Of a stretch of DNA of 64,000 nucleotides, positions 23,676 to 36,600 are shown piece after piece (position 1 is the first letter of the stretch; every line of letters starts with the position of its first letter). The stretch comes from Amoebophrya sp. A120 (Eukaryota > Protista > Dinoflagellata). Below the pieces are notes generated by a model. That model made no database searches and was not told where the DNA came from. It saw only the letters and a program-made list of their open reading frames with translations. The position numbers and the translations under genes are program-made. The DNA is taken from assembly GCA_905178155.1 (NCBI GenBank), contig CAJINV010000003.1, positions 1,421,557-1,485,556 of the forward strand, in the 5' to 3' direction.

Positions 23676-26600
23676 TTGAAACTCGCGCAGAAAAAGATGT
23701 ACGCCGACGTGTCGCGGCTGCGACGGGCGGCGCAGGGCCAGCAGTACCCGATGGGGGTTCTGCGTCCGGGTGAGGACCGGAAGAAGCCGCTCGACACGCT
23801 TTTGTTCACCCCCGGTATGTACTTTCGGTACAACATTCGCACCAACACGTTGTACCACCAGGCGCTGCGGCAGTACCCCTCGACGGTGGAGGATTCCGGC
23901 TACTACTACGAGAACCCGGTGTTGGCGTTCTACACGGACTGCGCCGCCGCCATTCCAGACCACTTTTTCAACGAGAACGCCAAGGAGCACAAGCGCGTGG
24001 TCGAGAAGCGGCTGAACCCGGTTCGGGAGAACGTGGCCACGTACTACATGAAGTTTATGGAGTATTTGAAGGAGGCCCTTGCGACCTACAAGTGCCGCAA
24101 GATCTACCTGCCCTTCTCGGGGGGTTTGGCACACCAGTTCGAGATCCCGCAGGTGGTCTACCTGAACACCGAGACGCGGCAGTGCGGGAAGTTGCAGCAG
24201 GGGCACTGGTGGAACGTGGACCACCGGAAGGTTGCGGCCCTCGGAGTGCTGCACTCGGATAGCACGTTATACGATACGGCGATCCATGACTCCACGGAGT
24301 ACACCACGACCGTGGAATTTCTGGACCTGGCCCGGTGCTCCCCGGAAGTCGTCATTGTCTGCATCATCCGCCGCGGGTGGGGTGAGGGCGAGGTCACGCC
24401 GGGGATCCTGATCGAACCTAACAAGGAGGAGTCGGAAGACGACCCAGAGGCGCTGTCAGCGACGGCTTCGGACGAGTACATCGCTCACTTGTTTTATGAC
24501 AGCAATTGTAGAGTACAACTTGGAACTGCAGAAAATCAAAATGAGAACTGTTTGGTTTATACATTTAGCGATCGTGAATGAAGTTTCCTTTACATCATCT
24601 TGAAAAATGTTTGCTGCACGCTCCCACCGTTGCTACTAGGTCTTCAGGTGACATGCTTGACCAAACGTCAACCTTCCCAAAAAAAAATTTGCCACAAAAA
24701 AACAGGGAAGTGATGATTTTCGACGACCCGCGCCCGGATCCGGACGTGAAGCCGTCCCTGGAGGCCGTGAAATCCGACGCAATCCTATCCAATAAAAAAA
24801 CGTTGTTAGTGTAAGTTTGTGATGCGCAACACTCAAGATGATTGCGTGTGTCATGCATGGCATGCATCGTAAGGCCCATTAAAGGGCGTTTTCACGTACT
24901 ATCTGCGCATGACAGGTTTTTGCTGTCATGCCAGACAAATTTGTAATGCTATTCCTTCAAAAAAGTTACACCTACAATGTTTTTTTCTTGGATAAATCCG
25001 GGTGTCGCAGCTGGTCGGCGACACCATGAGGTTCGCAATCACGGAAGACCAGGAGTGGGGGCGACAGGCGCTGCTGCACTCCGTGGAGAACTTGGTGGAG
25101 TCGGGGAAACTTACCTCGGAAAAGGGCGACATCCTGCGCGTCCTGGAGGAACAGATTACGCTCGCCGACGATTACTTCTACCTGCTCGGGGAGAGGACCG
25201 AGTTCTGCAAGAACAACTTCTCCATGCTGAACCAGTTGAAAAACAAGTACGACGTCTGGCTGTCCTACACCTTGTCCTTGATGCAGGAGCGCGACCCAGA
25301 TATCTTGATTCGCGACCGCAACCACGCCTTGGAAACCGGAGAAGTGCTCGCGAGTCTCTGCAAGCAGCTGGCAGCCTTGGCCTACGATTCCAGTGATAGG
25401 GTAAAACTTTCATTTTTGGTGTGTTCTACAAAGAGTCTTCGAGTGCTGTCCACCCACTTGGCATGTTCATAGAAGCATCATGGTGACGTTGTTTTTGAAA
25501 TTTCAGCAGATACAAACAGGGGCGATGTTTATCAGAAAATAACCCGAAAAATCTATTTTATTCCAATCCTCCCCAGGTCGTCGAGCTTGCCTCCGTGCTG
25601 GCGCCCCAGCTCGTGCACTACTTCTGCGTGAAGCTGTACCAAAACGGGGACAGCAAGATGGGTGCGGGCACGGGTCCGGCCTTCGAGGCGCTGGTCGCGA
25701 ACATGGCGCGCACCTTTTTCTTCGACGAGCTGCAGCTGCACGCCTACAACCTGTTGATGGACCTGCAGAACGCCAGCAACTGGAAGGCACTGCTTCCCAT
25801 CGTTGCCGGGCACATCGCAGAGAAGCTGGGCGTGTACGTGCTGTGCACCTTCAGCCTCACCGAGGGCCAGGACCCCGTGGCCAACCGCTGGGCGTGGCGC
25901 CGCGACGCCGCGGAGCGCATGATGACCAACCTGCGGGAGGCCATCCCGAATATTCTGTACCCTGACCGGGACAACCACGTCCTCACCGCGTTTGAGCCGC
26001 TGTTCTTCCGCTTCTTGCGGAACGACCCGCTCGCGGCGGCGGAAGTCCCGAAAATGAAGCGGTACGGCGAGTTTTTGGCGACCTTGCTCACCCACGACGG
26101 GTTTTTGGTGCGCCAGTGGGGGTACCAGAAGGGAAAGGAGTACAAGAACCGCGCGAAGATGTCCGAAATTTACAAGCAAGCGATCACGGAAGTCAAACTG
26201 CGAATGGAGGTATACATAGGAACGTAGCTGTGTAGTTTGAGCGATTTACAACGATGGAAGGTGTTTTTGCATTTTACTTGTTTGATTGAGCACATTTTTG
26301 ATTTTTGTCACAGCTGTGAAGCTGCTGCTGCTCCTTGGATCCAGGTTTTTTTTCTGGATTCCAGCCTGTTTGCGTTTCTTTGTGGTTGTTTCCAATAAAC
26401 CAAAAACCCCTCCTGCTACTATCTAAACAGCGCGAGATGCTCTCTGGGAAGTACAAGGATGAGGAGGCCGAGAAGTGCTGGGCGGCTTGTTGGGAGGAGT
26501 TGACGATGACCATCAACGCCTGTTACGTGGAGATGAACATGACGGAGGGGTTCGAGCCCCGTTCCTTTCGCACCTTCTTCCTGGAGCTGCTGGCCGAGCA

Positions 26601-29598
26601 GGAGCGCGAGATATTGGAGGAGGATTTCCGGGGCAAGGAACCGGACTGGCAGAAGGAAAACCGACAGAAGCTGATGCAGCTGCTGCTCCAATCGGTCGAC
26701 GACCGGGAGCGCGAGGTGATCGAGGAGGTGGGCGCCAACACGGCCACGAAGCCCAAGTCGTCCCGCGCCGTCCTGTTCACGAACGTGCTCCAGATGGTGA
26801 ACGGCGAGATGCAGAGCCTGCGCAACCTGGTGCAGCTGTTTCTGCCTCTTCTCGGGGAGCACTCGAAATACTTAGAGCGCCTGGAAAAGGCCGTCGAGGC
26901 CGCCAAGGCCCGGGGGGACGCGATCGCCGCGCTGGACCTGCAGAAGGAGCTGCAGCAGGCGAAGATGGAAAAGTACTACACGATCAGCGCGATGTCGCGG
27001 TATGTGGCGGTCTTTCTGCAGCTGAAGTGCGTGCCTTCGAAGCACAAGCGGGACATTCTCGAGGAGGAAAACGACCGCGCCGAGGCGCTGGCGGACTCCG
27101 TGGTGAACACGCAGTTCGGCTCCCACGCGCCCGCGGTGCTGTCGCACGCCCCAGGCGACGTGGAGTACTACGACCAGTCGATTTTGTACTTCTTCGACCT
27201 CTTCCTCTGCAGCTGCATCGAGGACATCAAGTACACGCACTCTATGCGCGAGTTCATGAACCAGTGCCGGTTGCGCGTCATGGAGTTCTTCTGGGGGGTG
27301 GACATCGACCTGGTCGCGAAGAAGTACACCATCCCGGGTTTCCAGGTGGCCACCATCAGCGACTGCCCGCGCGAGCTGTTCATCATGACGGCGGTCATGT
27401 TGACCAATTGCGTGCAGCAGAACGTCGAGGACAGCTTCCAGAACGCGAAGGAGACCATGGAGGTGTTGTCCGACCACGTGAACGCGTTCTTGATGGACGT
27501 GGTGTGGCGGAATAACCAATCGATCGCGGAATCCTCCGCCGCGGGCAAGACCTCGATCACGCGGGCGCTGTCCGACGTGTTTTTGAAGCCCAAGCAGAAC
27601 AAAACTGTGCACTTCATGTACGGCAACAAGTTGGCGCCGCAGGCGTCGGTGCTGCTGTCTTCCTACGAGCAGTCGATGGGCTTGATCCGCACGTCACTGA
27701 AACAGCAGTTGCCCATGATGGACCACTTCTTCAAGAAGTGCAACAAGCACCAGGTGCAGGCCAGTGATTTGACCATGCAGGACCGCGAGCGGGGGGTGAT
27801 CGCCGCGCTCACCATCGGGTGCGTGAACCGGTTGGAAAACAAGGTGAACCTGATCGAGCTGGTCGAGTGGGTGCACCTGTGCGTGTGCCGCAGTACCAAC
27901 CACGTGCCGCGGATGATGCGGTCGTTTTTGACCCACTTGATGTGCCACATCGACATCTTTTACCCCTGCGACAAGATGCGCCGCGGGGAGATCATCGCGA
28001 CGCTGAGCGGGCTCTTGCACAACGCGCGGTGGAACACGCAGGAAGGCAACCAGCCGCGGGAAATCTGCTGCAGCGAGCCCATTGTGGCCATGGAGGAAGT
28101 TGCGGAGTTTTTGGTGCGGGTCTCGAACGAGTGGAGGCGGAAAGTTTCGGTCACGAGCTTTGTCGACACCGACCCCATCGCGGAGAAGGGGGAATTGTCC
28201 GCCGACGACCGGGTTTTGTTCTTTCTGCAGATGCTCGCGACGCACCATTTGGGCATCACCAACACCATGCAAACGACCGTGACGATTCTGTACGAGATGT
28301 TGCGGTATCCCTGTACGATTTCCGCCGAGGGGGACGCGCTCTACATTCTCACCTTAAACGCGGGGCTCCGGCAGTTTCAGGCGTTTTTGTTGCTGACCAA
28401 GGATTTCTTATTCGCGGAGGAGAGCGGCTACTTGTCGCAGACCGCGGTGGAGGCGTGCCTGGTCTGCCTGCAGAACGTCGCACTCAAGCTGGCCGGCACG
28501 GACGTGGGCTTGAAGTGCAAGTGGATCCAGCTGATCGTGATGCAGGAGATGCGGCGGCTGACCGAGGACGACTTCCCGAAGGGTTTCGAGCGCCTCGCCA
28601 ACAAGATCTCCGCGCTGGTCGCGTTTTTGATTCCGGAGAGCGTCAAGGGGTCCAGTGCCCAGGACCCGGTGGTCGTGGACACCGTGGTGAAATTCATCGA
28701 GAAACAGGAGAAATTCATCCTGGACTACATGGACTTTTTGTACCACGCCATCCAGCAGGACCGGGCGCAGGGCAACACGAAGTCCGCGTTCAATCTGACC
28801 GAGACCTACGAGCGCTACATTGCGGAAGCCATGCGGGATCCGCTGCGCTGGCAGTTCGAGTACGGCCAGAGCGCCGAGGTGCTGCGCAAGCTGCCCACCG
28901 CGTGGAAGGCGGAGCAGACCTCCGAGGGCATCGATCTGCAGCTGGAACTGGGGGATCGCGTCAAGGACATTTACCCCAAAGTGTTCGGGCCGGGCACATC
29001 CGCGGAAAAGCCGACAGAGACGGTACTGGTTCTTGACTAGGTTTGATGTTTGCATCATGCACATACATGATCCACCAGATAGTGAGATGTAGTATCTATG
29101 TAAGATTCTTTGTCGTAAAAGAGATCACATTTTATAATTCCAAACCAACACCTACCTCAGGCCGTGCGTGAATTTGAATCGGCGCAGACTGCGCTGACGG
29201 TTGCGGAGCGCATGGCAGTACCCACCGAATACGTGCCCCTCCGTGCGTCCGCCATGGCACCGGAGGATTTCCGTGTCGCTTTGCAGAGCCAGATCCAGGC
29301 GCGGGACTCCGGAGAGCCTGAAGCAGGAACAACCCGAGCTTCCGTCGGACCGGCTGGAAGGGCGTCGCAAATCGGAAACGCAAGTACGCGGGAGCCTAGT
29401 AGACGAGCCAGCGGAAGTGCGTTCAACGAGCCGCGGGCAAACCGAGACAGCGCAGCGCAAAACGCCGGCAATAAGAGTGGCTCTTCGCGGAAGAGCAGCA
29501 CCGACAAGAGTAAGAGTAGCAAATCGTCTAGCAGCCGAAAGGCCGGATCATCATCTACGTCCTCCTCGTCGTCCTCCTCGTCGTCGTCCTCCTCATAG
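23676..29598 (+). CDS. Large multi-exon hypothetical alpha-helical protein with Ser-rich C-terminus
   Basis: Long GC3-rich ORFs (23676-24507, about 24707-25399 after introner removal, 25578-26209, 26431-29021, 29161-29598) separated by short introns; no domain recognised. Confidence 0.75.
24786..24994. mobile_element. TIR introner C (TATCCAAGAAAA family)
   Basis: About 33-bp imperfect TIR TATCCAATAAAAAAACGTTGTTAGTGTAA; TSD AATCC (24781-24785/24995-24999). Removal gives KSDAIRVSQLVG. Confidence 0.9.
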
Positions 29599-30688
29599 AG
29601 CGGCGATCCATAGGACTAGACAGAGGATCAGGATATTTTGACCAGCTGGGCTTCGATTTCGGATGTTCTTGAAGATCATCGGATGATTTCTTTTTACCCT
29701 TAACCATCAACGTGTTTTTTTCTGAATTAGCAACCACAATGTTCAATCGTGACATCTTGACAAAAAGTTACCTTTCAATACTAACTCATCCCATTGGAAG
29801 ATTTTTCTTTAACATAAGTTTGCAAATCAATGCCAGAGTTCAAAATGCTCTAGTACATGCAGAATGTCTCAAACTGTGCCATACTCACCTGTTTTGTAGT
29901 ATAGACGATGTTAGAAAGTAAACTTTTGTTCACAACCTTTGTAAAAAATTATCTTGCATATGCATAGTTTGGTTTCTTTGACAAATTTTCTTTTAGTAGT
30001 TTATAGCACAATCACATTTGCACGATAGCGGCCAGGACAGCCGCCGTCTGGTTTGTACGATTTCAACATACATCTTTAAACGGGAAAATTTACATTGTAC
30101 ATACCTTCTGGAGAAAAAAAACAGCCCGCAAGACGAAGAACGAGCGTGGTCGTTCAAAAAAAAAACGGAAATTCTAGTGCTGTTCCATTCGGTGACAGAT
30201 TTTGACAAGAAAGCGAAACGCCATGTCGTGACCCTTCCGAATAGCATCTGCATGATTCTTCATAGGAAAGGCACAACATCAATTCGAGAGACCACGATGC
30301 TAACCAAAAAATAATCAAGATCCGTTAACTACGCCATCGCAAACCTACATACAAGCACAACGTTGAAGATTCGATCGAACTCGAACGGCAATAATCGCTG
30401 CATGTTGTCGATCATCGTTAGAGTTGTAAGCAAAAGCATATATTTGAATTTTTCAGACGACATACGCATAGACAAGTAGTATTTTTTAGCCATGAACCAT
30501 AGACGCCATCTATGAAACGCGACCGACGCTTTATAGCTAAAACCGAGAAGTAGAGCCCGAGTCAACATTATTTCATGTTTACGAAAAATGAACGAAAATA
30601 GGGCAGCTGTAGGAATGGCCTTGGCAAGAGATCGCATGCTGCTGCGTTGACTGTGGTCGCAGGCGACTAGTACAAGACCCTAAAAATA

Positions 30689-33600
30689 ATGACGGACCCG
30701 TTTGCCGCGGTTGCCAGCGCCTCCGGCTTGCCGGAAGTCAAAGCTGCGGCCCGTGCTTCATCGCGGACGCAGGGTGCGAAGCAGTTCTTTGATGTGCTCA
30801 AAAACGAAGCCGCCGGGGAAAGAGTGGAGCAGGCAATCTTCGCTTTGACGAACAATGCTGACGACAAAAAGTATCTATTCGCCTCTTGGACAATGCATGG
30901 TTTTTGTTGACATTTGCATTACTCCGAAAGCGGGGGTCGTAGGGTCCGGGCTGCCGAACCCGTGGAGAACTTGCGAAAAACTCGGCTACGCGTGTTTCTT
31001 GTCTAGAATATTAGAGGCTGCCGGCGGTCTTTCAAATATGATGATGATCCCGATGATGCAGCACTCCGCGAAAGTGACGCGGGCTTTCGCGTTGAGACTT
31101 CCCGTTACGCCTGCGACTGCTAGCCGGCGCGCCGTTTTGCGCCGAGGGGCCTCTGTGTGTCCGCGCCGCGCGCCCCTCCTCATCTGTAGTTGCCCGCGCC
31201 AAGTCTTGTAGGCAGGCTGCCGGGGCCGTCCGCTTGCGCCTTTGGTTTCCTTGGCATTTCGTTGGCCACATGCGCGCGATCTGCGCACTTGCTTCGCAAA
31301 GAAGTTGCTGCAGCACCATCGTGTAACGTACGTTACACGATGGCGCTCTGCTTGTTTGCCTTATCGCTTGCCGGCCTAACCAGGGGAGAGAGCCCTGCTT
31401 TTGGCCTGTCCATGGCACCATCGTGAGTAAAGTTAGCCACGACGGAAATGCGTTTGGTTGTTTTCGCAGCTTCGGGCGCACTGTGCTACGCCTGGGAGTT
31501 AAGGCCGGGCGGGGTGGCTAACGGCTCCACAGGCGTGCCAGAGGCCCACCAGAGCAAGGCAGCTTCCAGCTGCGTGGCGCGGTTTGGGCGGTTGTAGATG
31601 AGGCGCCGCGGTTGCAGCCTGGCGCCCTATTACCCAAGAAAACCGGCCACGGCTCTCATGCGCCAGAACTTGCGCCCGAACAAACTTGATCCAGAACTTG
31701 TTCCAGAACTTGTTCCAGAACTTGTCTCAGAACTTGGCTCAGAACTTGTCTCAGAACTTGCCAGAGTGGAGCAGGCAATCTTCGCTTTGACGAACAATGC
31801 TGACGACAAAAAGTATTCGCCTCTTGGACAATGGTTTTTGTTGACATTTCCAGCGCCCGTGCTCTCTGCTCGCTCGAACAAAAGATTGACCGACGTTCTA
31901 GTACCTCATTGCTGCTAGCCGTGGCTGTCAATTCATCTTGCCAATTCCGTTCCAGCATTCATTTGAAGAGAGCCCACTATCTGCAAAAACAAAATCAAAC
32001 AGCTACCGTATGCGCATACGGCAAGTCATCGGCGTGTTGAAGCAGGAGAGGTTCGGGGTGCTGCGTGAAGGTACCGAAAGCTTTTTTTTTACGCACTGTG
32101 TAGTGGGTTTGGGTGGCGTCGCATGGATCAACAATGGGATGGCAGCGTGCACCAAACTGACTGTATAAGTTCAAATAGTGATAACCATAACTAGTGCGTT
32201 GGAAAAACTACAAAAACTATAGGTATCGTTCGCGATGTGGTCGATCTTCGTGACCTGGTAACCACCAAAGTCACAGCAGCAGCGGTCAAGCCCGCATACC
32301 TGAACGAGATCAAAGAGCGGCTTAAGGACAAAGAGGTACTTACGGACAGAGAATCCATTTCTTTGACGGGTCCGTAGTCGCATCCGACTTCGAAGTGAAT
32401 ACTTATTTTGTCCGAACGCAAATCTAATTCTTCAACAGGTCATTTTCCAAACCAAAAACGTAAAAACAGTCGTCGCAGCAGGGCGGATCGCCATCGACGA
32501 CGGGGAACCATTCGAAAGCTTCATCGCCGGAAGGAGATGGGACAACGTCGGATGCCGTGGAAGCAAGCAAGGCAGCATCGGCGTCTTCTACGGCACCAAA
32601 AGCGCAGATGCCGCAACCACCGGCTGCAGCACGCGTGGCGGAGGTAGCACAACAACCCGCAGCGCGCGCCCCACCAGCAGCACCTTCCACCGCCACAGCA
32701 CCACCCGCGGGAGCGGGACCTCCCGCGCCAGCCGCTACAAGCAGTCCGTTTGGTGCCATGGGGCCGCCTCCGCCAGTTGCAGCATCGGCGCCAGCACCGG
32801 AACGCGAGAGTACCGCCACCTCGGGGGGCACATCTACTCCCCCGGTTCCAGCGCCAAGTGCGTTTGGTGGACCACCACCGTCCGCGGACGGCAGTAAAAG
32901 TTCGGTTACAACCCCAGCGGCACCGCCCGCGCCGCCCGTGCCGCAGCAACAGATGATGAACCCCCCTCCCACTCCGGTGTTGCAGACAAGCAAGAAGAGC
33001 CAGCAGCAGGTCCCTCCACCGCTCGCGACCTCCCAATCCTCCCTCATGCCCGTCGCTCCGCCACCCGCCACAGCGGGAGCAGCAGGTAGTCCCTCGCCGG
33101 CAAGTGCGACGTCGCAATTTCCCGCGTCAGGAAATCCTTCTCCCGCCTCCGCGGCGCCCCCGTCGGTATTAACAGAGCATCCGTCCTATCAAGTGTAAAA
33201 ATGTCTGGGTCTGGAAGAATGCAAGATTTGTGATGCAGGTTTTCCATGACCCATGAGGTCTGGAATGCGAAACCCAGCATGACAGATTCTTTGCGGTCTC
33301 TATCATGCCTTTCCCGCATGGGAAACTCCCTCTCAACTTAGTCAAAAGCGATAGGAAGGAAAGGAAAGTAGTGAATCGCGCAAATTAGATAGAGAGGATC
33401 AAGAATGGCGTTTCTAGTGCCACGCTTCAAGCCACCGCCGAAGAAGGAGAAAAAAGAAGAGGTGCGAAAATTAGACAGGCTGAGCACGCTCCTGGAGGAA
33501 ATGGAAAGGGATACAGAGAAGCTGCGAGAAAAGATAGAGAAGGAAAAAAAAGACCCAAATGAAAGAGCAACGGTAGCCGAGCTAATAGAAAAAAGGGAAA

Positions 33601-36600
33601 ACGACACAAAATTGACAGGGAAGGCGAGGCCAACCATGACGATCGATGAGATAAATAAAAGGAGGGGAAGCATGAAAATGCGTATACTAAAGAACCTGAT
33701 AGAAGTGCGGAGGAAGAGAAAGACACCCATGACAAAGTGGCTGCGTAGGACGCCGGAGAAAGACGCATCAGGAAAGGCGCTAACAATGAAACAGAGACAG
33801 CATATAGCGAGGGCAATGAGATTGAAAGCGGGGGCGGAAAAAATGAAAAAGCGATTTGCCGCAGCGATAGGAAGTGAGGAGACAAACACGGAGCTGGAGG
33901 ACGAAAGAGACAAGAAAAGGGCGCTAGGAATAGTCCGTCTAAGGAGGATGAGCAGAATACAGTGGAAGATACATATCGGCGATTACATGAGAAGGTGGAG
34001 GGCGCAGAATAAGAAAAAGAAGAAGGCAAAGGCTCTGCTGAGTAAGGATAGAAAAGAAATAATCAATACAAACTCGAAGAATGCACGGAAGAAACTAGCG
34101 CACGCGCTCGAGTCGGAGGAAGGATACAGGGAGTGGCAGAAGCGGGCTCGAGCGCTAATAGAGACGAAATCGTATAAAGGGAACGAAGCCCTAGTTAGCT
34201 TGTCGCGGGTCGAAAGATTAGAACACGAAAAGAAGAGAAAGCAGCGGGCTGCACAAGGACAAGCAAAGAGGATGAAAGAAGCTCGGAAGAGGGAAAATAA
34301 CACACAGAGAGCAGACCGGCTGCGGAAAATTCGGGAAAGGAGAGAAGAAGCGGACAAAAGGGCGACGATGAGGAGCGCGGGTGGTGGCTGAGGGAAGCGT
34401 GCAAGTCAACAAGAAAAATTGGGTCGATGAAAAGATAAGATCTAACTAAGGGAGAGAATAGAGATCAAAAGGAAAACAGTTTAGCAACAACAAAAGAGAT
34501 CAGTAAACCGCAGGGCACCGACTAAAAAGATGGTAGAGAGGTGCAGTGTGTTCAAAAAATATAAGATGACCAAAAAACAAAAAGCAGCGATGAAGTATAT
34601 TGGTGAAGCAGAGAGAAGGCGTCAGCTTAGAGCTGTAGACTGAGAAGAAGTAGTAGACTTTTTGAAATGGCGATGAATAAACAGGAAAGTAGCGACCTCG
34701 TGCATTTTATGTCAAGTTTTTAGTATTATTTTGTTCCCTTTATTCGAAGAGGGTAGAATAGTAAACAGCTAGCGTAGCAATAGTAGGAGTAGACGGCTCT
34801 GATAGTCAAAAACAGTTAAAAATAATACAAAATAGTGAAGACAAGATGGACGGGAACGAAAGAAATGAGGATAGAAAAGTGCAGGAAAGCCTGCTACCGC
34901 GTGAAGCACCGGAAAGACGAGACGATAGCAAGGAAAGGACGGGCGCAGAAGAAAGGGAAGGCGAAATGGGAGAAGAAAAAGAAGATTGCAACGACAACGA
35001 GGAGGAGCCGGGCGGATTATGGAAAGGAGAAACGCAAGAAGAAACGGGGGAAGAAGAGAAAAAAGAAAGAGATGATGGGCAGGATGTTCTAAGAAGAGAG
35101 CGACATATGTTCTGGAACATAAACGGGGTTAAGCGCCTGAATGCGATTAGACTAGTGAAAGCTTACAGAGATATAGTGCCAAAAATTACAGGGGCGAGCT
35201 GCGCCGAGCTGAAGACCGCCGCCCTGACACAAGATCAGGCAGCCTTCAAACATGTAGAAGAGGAGATGAAAAGATTAGGAATGGAGGGGAGGCCAGGGAT
35301 ATACTTCGCAGCCGCCACAGACATGAAAGGCGTGGCGTCAGAAATGAACTCGGGAGCCGTAGGGATAGTATACACAGACGAAATGAAGAAGCTACCAAAA
35401 AAGACAATGAGAAAGGAGATTTTCCGAAGGGAGAAGGGGGGCGCATTCTTCCAGAGAGATGTGACAGACAAGGAGGATATACTATTATGGATGATCGCAG
35501 CGGAGGACGAAAGAGGAATGCTAGTGGTCGCGTTCTATCGGAGACCGGCAAAGGACACACCGAAAGACTGCGAAGAGGTAGCGTATATAAGGAAACAGAT
35601 GCAGGAAATGACTTCAGCGCTCGAAAAAATGATAGAAGAGGCAGGAATAGCAATACTGGCGGGAGATCTAAACTGTCAGTATCAAATTGATGAAGGAGGA
35701 AAGGTGAAATTTGAAAGGGAACGCACAGGAGTGCAAAAAGTCTACTTCAGCGAAATAATAGAACCGATACAGAAGATTTTCAACAAACACGCTGAAACGT
35801 TAACAACAGGAGGCCCAACATGCTTCCGAAACCCGGAAAATCCGACAACGATTGATATAGTAGCGATAGCCGAAAAAAGGGCAAAAGTTGTGGCGAAGAC
35901 CTGCGACAGAATTCAAATACCGCGGACAGTAAAAGAGGAAAACGGAGAAGACAAGGAGGCAGAGGGGGAGAATAAAGAAGAGGAGTCGGACCACGTAGCT
36001 CTGCTAGCAGACATAGTGTGGATCCCAGAGCCCGAGAAACCCACAGAAGAACAAAAACAGAAGAAAGAAAAAGAGCAAAAGAGGTGGAAATTTAACGCGC
36101 GCTATACGCTGATGGTGCCGACAGTTGAAAGCTCAAGGCAGCGGATCGAGATCATAAAAGGGAAAGAAAGACTTCAGAAGAAAAACCCTGTCACGCAGTT
36201 GGTGAAATGGCCGAGAAAGTCGGTGACGTTAGAAAGACTACAGCAAGTGATGGAAAAAGCAGGGACGGTGCCAGAAGATCGTAGGAGCATGCTAGGGATG
36301 CAAAAATGGCTGATGGAGAAACTAGGAGAGGCAGGCGTGCTGAAATTAAAAGAAGTACCGAAACAGGACGCGAATTACGAAAATTGGCAGAAGAAGAAAA
36401 AAGAAGAGCGAAAAACGCAGGAGAAAGAAGAGAAGAACGAGGAAACCGCACGACAGCAGGAGCAAAAATCAAAACAGGACGAAATGGAAAAGGCATGGCT
36501 GGCGTCATTCGCAGAGAAGCCAAAGAAGGAAGAGAAAAACGAGAAAGCGGTTTATGAGACGGCTAGAAAGGTGAAAGAAGCTGTGTGCGGGGTAGGCAGA

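Noticed and set aside
26419-29064. Long antisense and alternate-frame ORFs over GC-rich genes (also over the LINE ORFs)
   Set aside because: Shadow ORFs caused by codon bias or purine skew of the real + strand frame.
29600-30680. ORFs in the AT-rich gap
   Set aside because: Short and without motifs; consistent with intergenic DNA.
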